The translations under genes and the position numbers were made by a program. Positions 38,020-47,755 of a stretch of 64,000 nt of DNA are shown here, piece after piece. The notes under the pieces were generated by a model. That model saw only the letters and a list, made by a program, of their open reading frames with translations, was not told the DNA's origin and did no database searches. Source of the stretch: an uncultured Dehalococcoidia bacterium (GTDB lineage: Bacteria > Chloroflexota > Dehalococcoidia > Lucifugimonadales > UBA1127); assembly GCA_913049785.1 (NCBI GenBank), contig CAJWXP010000006.1, positions 5,538 to 69,537 of the forward strand, written 5' to 3'. The stretch's first letter is position 1. Each line of letters opens with the position of its first letter.

Positions 38020-39798
38020 CTATACGTTCACTTCTTGGTATGGGACAAAGGTGTCTGCCTTGCCTGCAAGTATCTCCTGGGCACCATCTGCGATGTGGTG
38101 TGGCATGAAAGGCTCACCGTCATATTTACGGATGTGCTTGTCAATGGTCAGGCCTGTCTCGCTGCGAAGGTAGCGGTAGAACTGGCCGGAGTGGTTGTTC
38201 TCCACGATGATTGCACACTTGGCGCTGTTCACCACCGCTGAAATAGCATCGCTGTGTAGGGGGACCATCCATTTGACCTGTAGCCGGTTGGCTGTGACGC
38301 CTCTGTCCTCCAGCAGCTCAACGGCCTCCCTGATAGCGCCCTCGGATGAGCCCCAGCCTATCAGCGTGACTTCAGCATCTTTGGGGCCCTGAAGCTCTGG
38401 CGCTGCAACGCGTTCGAGGATATCTGAGAATTTCCGAGCTCGCCGCTCAACGCTGGCACGACGCTTGTAGGGGTTGGTGAACTCGTCGCTGATGAGGCTG
38501 CCGTCCTCGTCATGCTCGTCAGTCGAGACGACGTGGATATAGCCCTTGGTGCCGGGAACGGCCCTCGGCGCAATGCCGCTCTCGGTGTTCTGATAGCGAT
38601 TGTAGCCGTTCTGAGTCGAGTCTTCAGTGATCAGCTCGCCTCGATCGATCGTCGGGTTCATATTGATGGCGTCCGGGTCAACACTGAAGGTTCCCTCTGA
38701 GATCAGCAGGTCTGAGAGAACAAGGCCGGGGCATTGGTAGTGATCCACAAGGTTGAATATCTCCGGTATGGTGTTGAACATGTCAAGGGCGCTGGTGGGA
38801 GCTACGATCAACCGGGGGAAGTCTCCCTGGCTGGCGCCAAGCACCTGCCAAAGGTCTCCTTGCTCCGTCTTGGTAGGCACGCCGGTGGATGGACCCGCAC
38901 GCTGTACGTTCACCATCACCACCGGGATTTCCATCATTGCCGCTGCGCCGACCGCCTCTGTCATCAGGGCAAAACCGCCGCCGGAGGTAGCAGTCATCGC
39001 TCGAGTGCCCGTTTGGGCGGCACCGATAACCATGTTTGCTGCAGCAATCTCGTCCTCAACCTGTCGGACCATGATCCCCAGGTCCCTTGCATTCTGGGCA
39101 AACCAGTGGAGTACGCCGGTCGATGGGCTCATGGGGTAGGCCGCATAGAACTTGACTCCCGCCGCTGCGGCACCCATGCCAATGGCTTCATTTCCTGCCC
39201 ATTGGGCAAGGTGATGGGGGTTTCCTGGTAGGGCAACAGGGAAGGCTTCAAAGTTCTTGGCCGCGTACTCGTAACCGGCCTTGGCCACCCCGACGTTCTC
39301 GTCGACCACAGACTGGCCTTGTCGTGCGAATCGCGCCGTCAGACTCTCCTCAAGGATGCTGAAGTCCAGCCCCATGAGAGAGCAGGTAGCGCCCACACCC
39401 ACAGTATTCTGTATCAGCCGGTTCCGGCTCTGTGTCAGTTCTGATACCGGGATTGGGCAGATGCCAACACCTTTGGCGCCCTCTCCTGGGGTGATAGTGT
39501 CACTGTTGAACAATATACGGGTGTCATCTCCCAGCAATCCAAGGTGTCTGTCCATGGTGTCCTGGTTGAGACACACTATGAGGTCCAACTTGTCACCGTG
39601 GGTGTATACAGGTTCCTCAGAGACGCGGATCGTCAGGAAGATGTGTCCGCCTCTGACGATGGACTGATAAGCGTTATAAGCATTCAAGTGGAGGCCTCGG
39701 CGGATGAACAACCGGGCCATGATGTTTCCTGGTGTCGCGATACCTTGGCCGGCTTCGCCTCCTATCGCTAATGCAAAATCAAACTTCCCTGCAGCCAT
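38020..39798 (-). CDS. 2-oxoacid:ferredoxin oxidoreductase, alpha (fused alpha/gamma) subunit
   Basis: The N-terminal gamma-like segment reads GGEAGQGI. The alpha core (AYPMSPST.., TSGGGFALM) follows. The start is ATG at 39798 after AGAGGAG. Confidence 0.85.
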   Translation of the reverse strand: MAAGKFDFALAIGGEAGQGIATPGNIMARLFIRRGLHLNAYNAYQSIVRGGHIFLTIRVSEEPVYTHGDKLDLIVCLNQDTMDRHLGLLGDDTRILFNSDTITPGEGAKGVGICPIPVSELTQSRNRLIQNTVGVGATCSLMGLDFSILEESLTARFARQGQSVVDENVGVAKAGYEYAAKNFEAFPVALPGNPHHLAQWAGNEAIGMGAAAAGVKFYAAYPMSPSTGVLHWFAQNARDLGIMVRQVEDEIAAANMVIGAAQTGTRAMTATSGGGFALMTEAVGAAAMMEIPVVMVNVQRAGPSTGVPTKTEQGDLWQVLGASQGDFPRLIVAPTSALDMFNTIPEIFNLVDHYQCPGLVLSDLLISEGTFSVDPDAINMNPTIDRGELITEDSTQNGYNRYQNTESGIAPRAVPGTKGYIHVVSTDEHDEDGSLISDEFTNPYKRRASVERRARKFSDILERVAAPELQGPKDAEVTLIGWGSSEGAIREAVELLEDRGVTANRLQVKWMVPLHSDAISAVVNSAKCAIIVENNHSGQFYRYLRSETGLTIDKHIRKYDGEPFMPHHIADGAQEILAGKADTFVPYQEVNV

Positions 39799-40040
39799 GC
39801 ATGTGCTCCTCTGTACAGTGTTCTTAGACACTGAATAACTCAATGATTGGCACTACTCTGAGCCAACACCCTAATAGTACACTTATCAGGCAAATAAAGT
39901 ATAAATTCTATTTATACATATCAATAGTCTCTATGGGTTGGCCATCCTGTCTTCTACACAACCTATGGCACACGGGCTTCTCATGGTGCGCTCGCGCTGA
40001 CTTCACCGGTGCAATATATGCCCGGACTCCCGCAGATACA

Positions 40041-40075
40041 AGGCACTCCCCTGACGTTATGTCAGGGGAGTGCCT
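40041..40075. terminator. hairpin terminator downstream of Rieske oxygenase 40132-41391
   Basis: A 15-bp perfect stem joins AGGCACTCCCCTGAC and GTCAGGGGAGTGCCT with the loop GTTAT. There is a T-run on the plus side. Confidence 0.6.
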
Positions 40076-40131
40076 TTTCGTTATTCAACAAGCAGACCTG
40101 TATCCTTGCTGAGAACGAGCGTTGCCAACCT

Positions 40132-41391
40132 CTACGATTCCTCTCTCGTGTTGGCGAATGTGTACCCTTCAGGCTTCCACGGCTCCTTGGGCTCTTGGCC
40201 TTCCATCAACGCCCTTGCGGTGTCTATCATCCTCTGTCGGACGCGGATGATGATCTTGTCAGTACTGACCAGGTGCTCTTTCCACCGATTAGAGACCGGG
40301 CCCCACTGATTCTCCTGAAGAGCCGTATCCTGAACCGCGGTCATGGACATGCCACTGAAGCTGAACTGCTTTTGCTTGATGCGGTCAATGTTGTAGTCGT
40401 TAAAGATATTGTCTTTGTACAGGAACGTTCCCGGCTCCTGGGGTGGGTTGATGAGACCACCAATGCGCAAATCCCAAATCTGCTGTTCCGTCAGCGGGCC
40501 CGTGGGGCTCCAACGTACGCGGAAGTAGATGGTGTGCTCATCGTCTGAGGGGACTTTGATGTTCAACGGGTATGTGCCCTCAGAGGCTAGGCCTACCGGA
40601 TCAAAACACGGCATAAGCCAACTGGCACCGCGTCCCGTATTGGATGGCCTACTTTGCCCCTCGTCACCGCGCCTAACCACTCCTCCGCCACCACTCCTGG
40701 TGGTGCCTATACCACACTCGTATTCGATGGGTTCTGGCAAAGGTGGCTTGTACTCAGGTGATGTGCCTACGGGCCTGCTGATAGTCCCGTTGAACTTGTT
40801 AGCAGGGTTGCTGCGGTTGTCGTCGAGGGTGCTGTGGAGGAAGGCAGCGTGGCTTGGATCGAAGTCGCCTTCAAGCGCCTGCATGTAATTGGAGTGATAG
40901 ACGTACTTTGCCGCTTGAGTCCAACTGGAGGGGTTCGAGAACCAGTCGAATCCAGGATCGGGCGGCCTCTTGTCCGAGGGCCCCATGTAGAACCAGATCA
41001 ACCCGCCGCCCTCGATAGCCGGGTATGCAGTGATCTTGATCTTGTCCTTGTAGGTGTCGCCTTCCTGACAATTAGGCATGTGGACGCAATTGCCATCCAC
41101 ATCAAACTTCCACCCATGATAGATGCAGCGAAGGCCGTTCTCCTCGTTCCGGCCAAAGAACATAGGCGCACCGCGATGGGGGCAATAGGCATCAACACAG
41201 CCTACGTTCCCATCGCTATCGCGGTAGGTGACCAAATCCTCGCCAAGAAGCCTTAGTCGGATCGGATCGCCATCGGGTTCAGGCAACTCGCTGGACAGCA
41301 TTGCCGGCAGCCAAAACCTTCTGAACAGCTCGCCAGTGGGAGTCCCTGGGCCAACCTGGGTAAGCATGGCATTGTCTTCAACTGAAAGCAC
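40132..41391 (-). CDS. Rieske non-heme-iron oxygenase alpha subunit
   Basis: CPHRGAPMFFG..CIYHGWKF and NYMQALEGDFDPSHAAFLH are present. The start is GTG after GGGAGGTG. Confidence 0.9.
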   Translation of the reverse strand: MLSVEDNAMLTQVGPGTPTGELFRRFWLPAMLSSELPEPDGDPIRLRLLGEDLVTYRDSDGNVGCVDAYCPHRGAPMFFGRNEENGLRCIYHGWKFDVDGNCVHMPNCQEGDTYKDKIKITAYPAIEGGGLIWFYMGPSDKRPPDPGFDWFSNPSSWTQAAKYVYHSNYMQALEGDFDPSHAAFLHSTLDDNRSNPANKFNGTISRPVGTSPEYKPPLPEPIEYECGIGTTRSGGGGVVRRGDEGQSRPSNTGRGASWLMPCFDPVGLASEGTYPLNIKVPSDDEHTIYFRVRWSPTGPLTEQQIWDLRIGGLINPPQEPGTFLYKDNIFNDYNIDRIKQKQFSFSGMSMTAVQDTALQENQWGPVSNRWKEHLVSTDKIIIRVRQRMIDTARALMEGQEPKEPWKPEGYTFANTREES

Positions 41392-41618
41392 CTAACGCAC
41401 CTCCCCACAGTTACAGCCGAATTCCGATACCGAATGTGCAGAACAGGCTGTATTACGGCCCACAGTATCGGATTAAGGTGTGATTCAGTCAATAGTCATC
41501 GGACCTCGAGGTGATTCCCTGATGAACCTCCGGGCTAATTGCCACGACGTCAGGACTCGCTGCACGCAGATTCGGCTGGGCCACACAGACCTACTTGAAA
41601 TCGCCAACTCCAAATAAC

Positions 41619-41647
41619 TTGACATGCAGGCGGCCCCGCACTATCGT
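41619..41647 (+). promoter_or_regulatory. candidate sigma70-type promoter for the permease genes
   Basis: TTGACA (41619-41624), a 17-nt spacer, then TATCGT (41642-41647). Confidence 0.4.
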
Positions 41648-41693
41648 CCACGTGTCTTACAGTTGATTGCCTAATTTTTCAGGGGAGAGGCTA

Positions 41694-42620
41694 TTGCAAC
41701 GCTATATCATCATCCGCTTATTCCACGGTTTGATCGCCTTCATCGGTGTGACTGTGGTCGTATTTTCCCTGGTTCGTCTGACCGGTAACCCCTTAGACAA
41801 CCTGCTTGGTGAAGAGGACGATGCAGAGACAGCTGCCTACGTCAGCGAGCTTTGGGGATTGGACAGACCCCTGGCGGAACAGTATTTCACGTACATGGGC
41901 AACATCTTCCAGGGTGAGTTTGGCCCCTCCTTCGCCTTCGATGCTTCAGCCGCTGAGTTAATCAAAAAGCGACTTCCAAACACTCTGCTCCTCGGGGGAC
42001 TAGCGGCCGCAATCAGCTTCCCTCTTTCCCTGATGCTCGGCGTAGTCACTGCAGTCAAACGGGACTCGCCCTTTGATTATGGGGGGAAAACCTTAGCAGT
42101 AATGGGGCAAGCTACGCCTGATTTCTGGATTGCCATCATCCTTATCTGGGTTTTCGCGGTCACTCTTGGATGGTTACCTACATCGGGCAAGGGGGGGGCC
42201 AGCCACTTGGTGCTGCCTGTCTTCGTCTTGGCTTTGCCAAGCGCGGGCACGCTCAGGCTCATGCGTTCGGCGATGATGAACCAATTAGACTCTGAATACA
42301 TAAAGTTGGCTCGCATTAAGGGCCTGCCGGAGTGGAAGATCATCTGGAAGCATGCGTTCCGAAATGCTGCCATCGTGCCGCTAACATTTGCAAGTGTGGT
42401 CATTTCCTCCCTGGTCACCGGATCGATTGTTGTCGAGACAATCTTCGCATGGCCAGGTATGGGCCAATTGGCTATCCAGGCTATCAATGCCAGGGACTAT
42501 CATGTGGTCCAGGCGTTGGCGTTGATGGGGTCTGTCATTCTGATAATCCTGCACATCCTCACAGACATTTTATATGTTTATTGCGACCCACGAATTAGAT
42601 TTACCAAGATACAATCCTGA
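41694..42620 (+). CDS. ABC transporter permease (DppB/OppB-like)
   Basis: (M)QRYIIIRLFHG at the N-terminus, the EAA-type loop (YIKLARIKGLPEWKIIWKHAFRNA), and six TM-like segments. The start is uncertain, TTG at 41694 or at 41667. Confidence 0.85.
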   Translation: MQRYIIIRLFHGLIAFIGVTVVVFSLVRLTGNPLDNLLGEEDDAETAAYVSELWGLDRPLAEQYFTYMGNIFQGEFGPSFAFDASAAELIKKRLPNTLLLGGLAAAISFPLSLMLGVVTAVKRDSPFDYGGKTLAVMGQATPDFWIAIILIWVFAVTLGWLPTSGKGGASHLVLPVFVLALPSAGTLRLMRSAMMNQLDSEYIKLARIKGLPEWKIIWKHAFRNAAIVPLTFASVVISSLVTGSIVVETIFAWPGMGQLAIQAINARDYHVVQALALMGSVILIILHILTDILYVYCDPRIRFTKIQS

Positions 42621-42639
42621 GGCGAAAGGGAACAGATCC

Positions 42640-43554
42640 ATGGCCATAGACGCTGAACTTACCCAAGAAGGGATTATCACAAACTCGCCTATTAAGAAGC
42701 TGCAAAAATTCTACAAAGGATTAAGTGGCCTCCCTTGGATATGGGTAAGTATATTGCTAGTGGTGCTGGTTATTCCGGCTGTGTTTGCTCCACTCATTGC
42801 CCCGCATGACCCCTATGAAGGCGATATATCCATTAGGTTGGCTCCGCCAGTATGGTACGAAGGGGGAAGCTGGGACCACATTCTAGGCACTGACCGCCTG
42901 GGGAGAGACCTGCTCAGTCGATTGATTTACGGGTCTAGGATAGCGCTATTCGTCTCAATGACAGCGCTGCTCGTTTCGGCCACGGTCGGCACTACCCTGG
43001 GTCTTCTCTCCGGCTGGTACGGTGGTTGGGTAGACCACCTAATCCAACGACTCGTGGATATCAAGTCTTCTATACCCGCGATCCTATTAGCATTGATTTT
43101 CGTCAGCATTTTTGGGCCGAGTATTTTCATAGCTATTTCCATTATTGCCATCTTTTTATGGAACAGATATACCCGACTTATTCGTGCTGAGACCCTGGCC
43201 TTGCGAAACATGGATTTTATTGCTCGTGCCCGTGTTTCTGGCGCGTCTACGACTCGAATTCTTATCAAACACATCCTTCCCAACGTTGCGAACACCCTCA
43301 TTGTACTGGCAACCCTTGAGGTTGGCACCGTGATTATTTTGGAGTCAACCCTGAGCTTCTTGGGCGTGGGTATCCCCAGACCCATCCCCTCTTGGGGAGT
43401 CATGGTGTCCGATGGTAGGAATTACCTTGCGGTAGCTTGGTGGATAGCTATCCTTCCAGGAGCGGGAATATTCTTCACAGTCCTGTCCCTGAACCTCTTT
43501 GGGGACTGGCTCAGAGATCACCTTGATCCCAAACTCAGACAAGTCCGGCGCTAA
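42640..43554 (+). CDS. ABC transporter permease (DppC/OppC-like)
   Basis: GTDRLGRDLLSRLIYGSR and the FIARARVSGASTTRILIKHILPN loop are present. The start is ATG at 42640. Confidence 0.85.
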   Translation: MAIDAELTQEGIITNSPIKKLQKFYKGLSGLPWIWVSILLVVLVIPAVFAPLIAPHDPYEGDISIRLAPPVWYEGGSWDHILGTDRLGRDLLSRLIYGSRIALFVSMTALLVSATVGTTLGLLSGWYGGWVDHLIQRLVDIKSSIPAILLALIFVSIFGPSIFIAISIIAIFLWNRYTRLIRAETLALRNMDFIARARVSGASTTRILIKHILPNVANTLIVLATLEVGTVIILESTLSFLGVGIPRPIPSWGVMVSDGRNYLAVAWWIAILPGAGIFFTVLSLNLFGDWLRDHLDPKLRQVRR

Positions 43555-43816
43555 CCACGTGAGACTGCCCCTGCAGCATGCTTGGGGAACGGTTGGGCGT
43601 GTGATGTACGCCCGCATCGTTACACATCAAGAATTATTGCCTTTACTCCAACCCGCATGATATCAGGCCCGATATATTTCAGACTCCAATGCAAAACTAC
43701 CTTGCTTTGTAACGATGTACCAGAATCCTATTTCGAGTTAGTCATTCCCATATCGAGACAGATTTTCGAAACAACATTACAATAACGACACCAACGATAT
43801 GACTAGTGGGTGAAGC

Positions 43817-44035
43817 GTGAATGTATTCTGGTGGACTTTGGCCGGTGGATTCTTTGGGATTGTGGCAACGTTTGCCGCAATGTTTCTGGGCTTTCTCCTG
43901 ATATTCCTTGGCTACTACGCCGTCGTCCTCGGAGGGGTGGTAGGTTTGATTTTTGGGGCATGGAAGGGATTCATAGAGCGACCCCCCGATAGAAAAGGGT
44001 CCAGAGTCAACACCTCTGATAGGCCTTTTTACTAA
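43817..44035 (+). CDS. small hydrophobic protein (two predicted TM segments)
   Basis: 72-aa ORF with the Gly/Phe-rich hydrophobic stretches WWTLAGGFFGIVATFAAMFLGFLLIFLGYYAVVLGGVVGLIFGAW. Confidence 0.35.
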   Translation: MNVFWWTLAGGFFGIVATFAAMFLGFLLIFLGYYAVVLGGVVGLIFGAWKGFIERPPDRKGSRVNTSDRPFY

Positions 44036-44194
44036 ACCACCAACAGCAACACTGTCTACGCAGCTTCTCTTTCCCGCACTGGTTCCTTAATGACCGATAC
44101 AACTGCCTAGTTGTTCCACGATCCTCAGCTTGACTCCCTTGCACTTCTGTTCTTTCGATATGGACGCAACTGCCCTTACCCCCACACGAAGACA

Positions 44195-44240
44195 AAAGGA
44201 AACCTCCCTGCCTCAATTTGAAGGCAGGGAGGTTTCCTTT
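44195..44240. terminator. bidirectional intrinsic terminator
   Basis: An 18-bp perfect stem joins AAAGGAAACCTCCCTGCC and GGCAGGGAGGTTTCCTTT. T-runs flank both sides. It lies downstream of SBP 44275-46068. Confidence 0.75.
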
Positions 44241-44274
44241 TTAACTTGGTTAACCCTTCGTAGGGTGCCTTTTA

Positions 44275-46068
44275 TTAGCGCGCTGCTCGTACGCTATCAA
44301 AGTGGCTGTACTGTGCAACCATGCTTCCAGGGAAAACCCAGTCTGCAACGATTTCAGGGTTGTACATAAGAGAATTGGGAATCCAAAGCAGCGGGATGTT
44401 CTGATTGTTATCGAACATGAGGTCACCTACCTCACGGAAGATCTTGGTATGTTCGGCCTGGTTCATTGTCCCTCTGGCCGCCAGATGTAGCTCATTCAGC
44501 CGCGGGATGATGAATACGCTTGGTGTCCTAGCATACTGACTTCCGTAGATGAAGACGTTGGTGAACAGGTCAGAAGATGTCTGCCTCAGGTCGATGTGAT
44601 TATCCATCTCGTGTGCTCGAATCTTCGAGGCCTTCGCGTTGCCGTCCATGGTCTCCAGCTTGACCTTGACGCCTATGTCTTCAATCATTCCGACCATGGC
44701 CAACATCATGTCCTGGCCTTCTGGCAAACCCCGGTATGACGTCGCCAGAACTACGTTGACTTCGTAGGGATTGTTGGGCCCGTACCCGGCCTCTGCCAGC
44801 AGGGAACGAGCGGCAGCAGGGTCATAACCAAACTGCTCAGGGTATCTGGTTGCCCACTCGGGGTTCCAGCCATCACTTCGCTCGTTGTAACCCATGGTGA
44901 TCAGCAGTTCTCCACCACCGCCAAACAACGCTTGGTTTAACTTATCCCTATCAATGGCCTTGCTCAGGGCTCGACGCACCTTGATGTCCTGCATAGGCAC
45001 ATCAGGATGGATATAGCCCTGTGATGGATCATTTCTGTCCTTCAAGACACAACACAAGAACTGCACCACTGTGCGTTTCGCAGGTATCGTTCCCTTAATG
45101 AGCTGCATCCCATCGCCGAAGGCAACGCGGTGGAGGTCTGTGGCAAGAGGAGTAATGTGAACCTCCCCAACCTGCAATGCGGCCAATCGCGTGAATTCTT
45201 CCGAAATGAACCGCAACTCCATTTCCTCAAACTCAGGAGTCACGCGCCAGTGCTGGTACGGTACCCGCTTGAAGCGAACGTAACTACCCTCTGATCGTTC
45301 AAGGAATTGGTACGCGCCGGTTCCTGCCATCGGCTGGTCATCCAACCCAGGATATTCACCCATAGCATCTAAGTTCCTGCTGCTCATGAATTCAAATCCG
45401 CCGACGAACTGTGAGAGGTTCCTAAAAAGGGTGACGTTAATCTGCTTCAGATTTAAAACCGCTTCGCGGTTGTTCAGGACTACAACATTGTCGATATTGC
45501 GGCGATATTGGTCGCTGCCGGGATTGTCCCCGTGCATGGCATCTCGAACCGCGTCCTCGAAATCATAGGCAGTCATCTCGCCCCAGCCGTTGTGGAACTG
45601 GACGCCTTCCCGGAACTTGAACTTTATTGTCTCATTGGTCAACGCCCATTCTTCAGCAAGCATGGGCGTATAAGCGCCTGTTGCCGGATCCACGCTGGCA
45701 ACCCACTCATACATAGGGCCAAGCTGCCAGCCCGAGGTGCCGGTGATCCCTGTGGCGGCGTTGGACTCGTTGAGGGGCGCAGGAACAGCAATGACCAACC
45801 GCTTTACTGCGGCAGGGCCCTCTATAGCGGATGTTCGTGCAACCGGCGCAGACGCTGAAGGAGCAGACAACGGCGCCAAGGTATTCGGCCTTACTCCTTC
45901 AGGCGCTGCAGCGGCAGCGGGGGCTTGGGGTTGAGCTGGGGCCGCAGACGGTGCGGTACTTACAGAACCTCCACCTCCACCTCCATCCCCAGAGCTACAA
46001 GCAGCCACTAAAGCAACTGCACTGATAGCTATCAGTAGAAACGATACTAGCCTCATCTGTATTCTCAC
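44275..46068 (-). CDS. ABC transporter substrate-binding lipoprotein, family 5
   Basis: Lipobox LVAAC, then a Gly/Ala/Pro-rich linker and an SBP_bac_5-like body. GTG at 46068 follows GGAGG. ATG at 46056 is an alternative start. Confidence 0.85.
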   Translation of the reverse strand: MRIQMRLVSFLLIAISAVALVAACSSGDGGGGGGSVSTAPSAAPAQPQAPAAAAAPEGVRPNTLAPLSAPSASAPVARTSAIEGPAAVKRLVIAVPAPLNESNAATGITGTSGWQLGPMYEWVASVDPATGAYTPMLAEEWALTNETIKFKFREGVQFHNGWGEMTAYDFEDAVRDAMHGDNPGSDQYRRNIDNVVVLNNREAVLNLKQINVTLFRNLSQFVGGFEFMSSRNLDAMGEYPGLDDQPMAGTGAYQFLERSEGSYVRFKRVPYQHWRVTPEFEEMELRFISEEFTRLAALQVGEVHITPLATDLHRVAFGDGMQLIKGTIPAKRTVVQFLCCVLKDRNDPSQGYIHPDVPMQDIKVRRALSKAIDRDKLNQALFGGGGELLITMGYNERSDGWNPEWATRYPEQFGYDPAAARSLLAEAGYGPNNPYEVNVVLATSYRGLPEGQDMMLAMVGMIEDIGVKVKLETMDGNAKASKIRAHEMDNHIDLRQTSSDLFTNVFIYGSQYARTPSVFIIPRLNELHLAARGTMNQAEHTKIFREVGDLMFDNNQNIPLLWIPNSLMYNPEIVADWVFPGSMVAQYSHFDSVRAAR

Positions 46069-46122
46069 GATAATTCCTCCCTGTAAATTTCTGGTTCCTG
46101 GTATACACGGTCTCTTGCCCGG

Positions 46123-47418
46123 TTAGACCTTGATCCCCGCATCTTCTCCGGCAAACGCGCCATAGAGTCGCCAGTCGTCTCCGAAAGGCATGATCTCCTC
46201 ATGGGATCGGACTTTCCCTAAAACGGCCGGGTCATGCTTCATGGGCTCGATGCCTTCAAGCATGGCCCTCGCAGCGTTCACCATGACCTTCCGGTTATGG
46301 ATGATGGCACCGTCTGATGTTCCCAAATGCTCGTTCTGCTTGTCACTGATGACTGCCATACCCTCAGTAACAGCTTGATCCTGGGTTCCAACACCGCCGA
46401 TTCCCGTAAAGCTCAGATTCCGTTGGTCGTCACGGCTGAGCATGTAGTCGTTCCACTTGCCCTTTTCACCACGGCCGTGGATGTCGGTCTTGTTTCCGGA
46501 GTTGTTCTTGCGATCCTCTCGCTCCTCCTCAGTGTTAGGGCGGTCCGTCCGTGCGCTCACGCTCCAGCGCCAGCATGTCTCATCGTCCCGGGGCACCATC
46601 ATCAGAACTCCGGGGCCCTGGGATGGCAGCCTGGAGATCATCTGGTAGATCGGGAATATATTCGTGGTGATCCGAAGGTGGTTGTGTCCGTTCGGGGTGG
46701 TTCGGATACCAACGTAGCGCCAGCCATAGTTTGTCTCCTGGACTACTACGCGCGCATTGCGGTCTGCGCCCCGGATCTTGGTGGACATCTTGTTGGATGG
46801 AGTTCCTACGATGTCTGTACCGTCATCAAAGTCGCTCATGTCCAGGTCAGCCAAGTTGCGGTGCAGGAAGCTGATGTGGGATGAATCGATGTTGCCTTCG
46901 ATCACCTGGACGTAGTTGGCATCTGACTGTACGCGATTGGTGATGATATGGCTGTCCGGGTAGTCGAATATCTGGAGGTTCAGGAATGGAGGCTGAAGCT
47001 CCTTGGGACCCATGTAGGTCCAAATAGTGCCCCCGCGGTCAACCGTAGGGTAAGCAGTGATTTTGACCTTGTCCTTGAAGTTACTCTCAGCGGGCTCGGA
47101 TGGCATGTCGATGCAATCGCCGTTGATGTCAAATTTCCAGCCGTGATAGACGCACCGCAAGCCGCTCTCCTCGTTCCTGCCAAAGAACAAACTTGCGCGA
47201 CGATGAGGGCAATAGTTGTCGACGAGGCCAACATCACCGTTGGTGTCTCTGAAAGCGACCAACTCCTCGCCCAATAACTTCGCTCTGACTGGTGGGCAAT
47301 CTGGCTCAGGAAGCTCCTCAGAAGTCAGAACCGGCAGCCAGTAACGCCGAAGAACCTCTCCCATTGGAGTGCCTGGTCCGACCCTACAGAGTAGCTCATT
47401 GTCCTCATGTGTCAGCAT
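46123..47418 (-). CDS. Rieske non-heme-iron oxygenase alpha subunit
   Basis: CPHRRASLFFG..CVYHGWKF and NYVQVIEGNIDSSHISFLH are present. ATG at 47418 follows GGGGAGGG. Confidence 0.9.
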   Translation of the reverse strand: MLTHEDNELLCRVGPGTPMGEVLRRYWLPVLTSEELPEPDCPPVRAKLLGEELVAFRDTNGDVGLVDNYCPHRRASLFFGRNEESGLRCVYHGWKFDINGDCIDMPSEPAESNFKDKVKITAYPTVDRGGTIWTYMGPKELQPPFLNLQIFDYPDSHIITNRVQSDANYVQVIEGNIDSSHISFLHRNLADLDMSDFDDGTDIVGTPSNKMSTKIRGADRNARVVVQETNYGWRYVGIRTTPNGHNHLRITTNIFPIYQMISRLPSQGPGVLMMVPRDDETCWRWSVSARTDRPNTEEEREDRKNNSGNKTDIHGRGEKGKWNDYMLSRDDQRNLSFTGIGGVGTQDQAVTEGMAVISDKQNEHLGTSDGAIIHNRKVMVNAARAMLEGIEPMKHDPAVLGKVRSHEEIMPFGDDWRLYGAFAGEDAGIKV

Positions 47419-47647
47419 GTATTCCCTCCCCAATACCCTTGTTCGCGTTTATGCCGGGAAATCGCTCTGATTATTCCCTACGTAAACCGAATTCAAATCA
47501 TACGGCATCTGAATGAAGCTAATGTAGTTGATTTCGCTTGCATGTCAACCCCATCCCATCATGTGAGAAGGGAAGTTTGAAGTATACGATGGAAATATTC
47601 CTAAAAAGCATAATTAAAATCCATGATGGAATAACTAAATCGATGGA

Positions 47648-47676
47648 TTGACACACGCACTATCCAGAACTAGGGT
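47648..47676 (+). promoter_or_regulatory. candidate promoter for Rieske oxygenase 47756
   Basis: TTGACA (47648-47653), a 17-nt spacer, then TAGGGT (47671-47676). Confidence 0.3.
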
Positions 47677-47755
47677 TTGTTCAGCATAGTGATTTGCTGG
47701 TCACCACGGGCGCGAAGCTCAGTAGCAGACACAGCAACTCAATGGGAGGGGCGGC

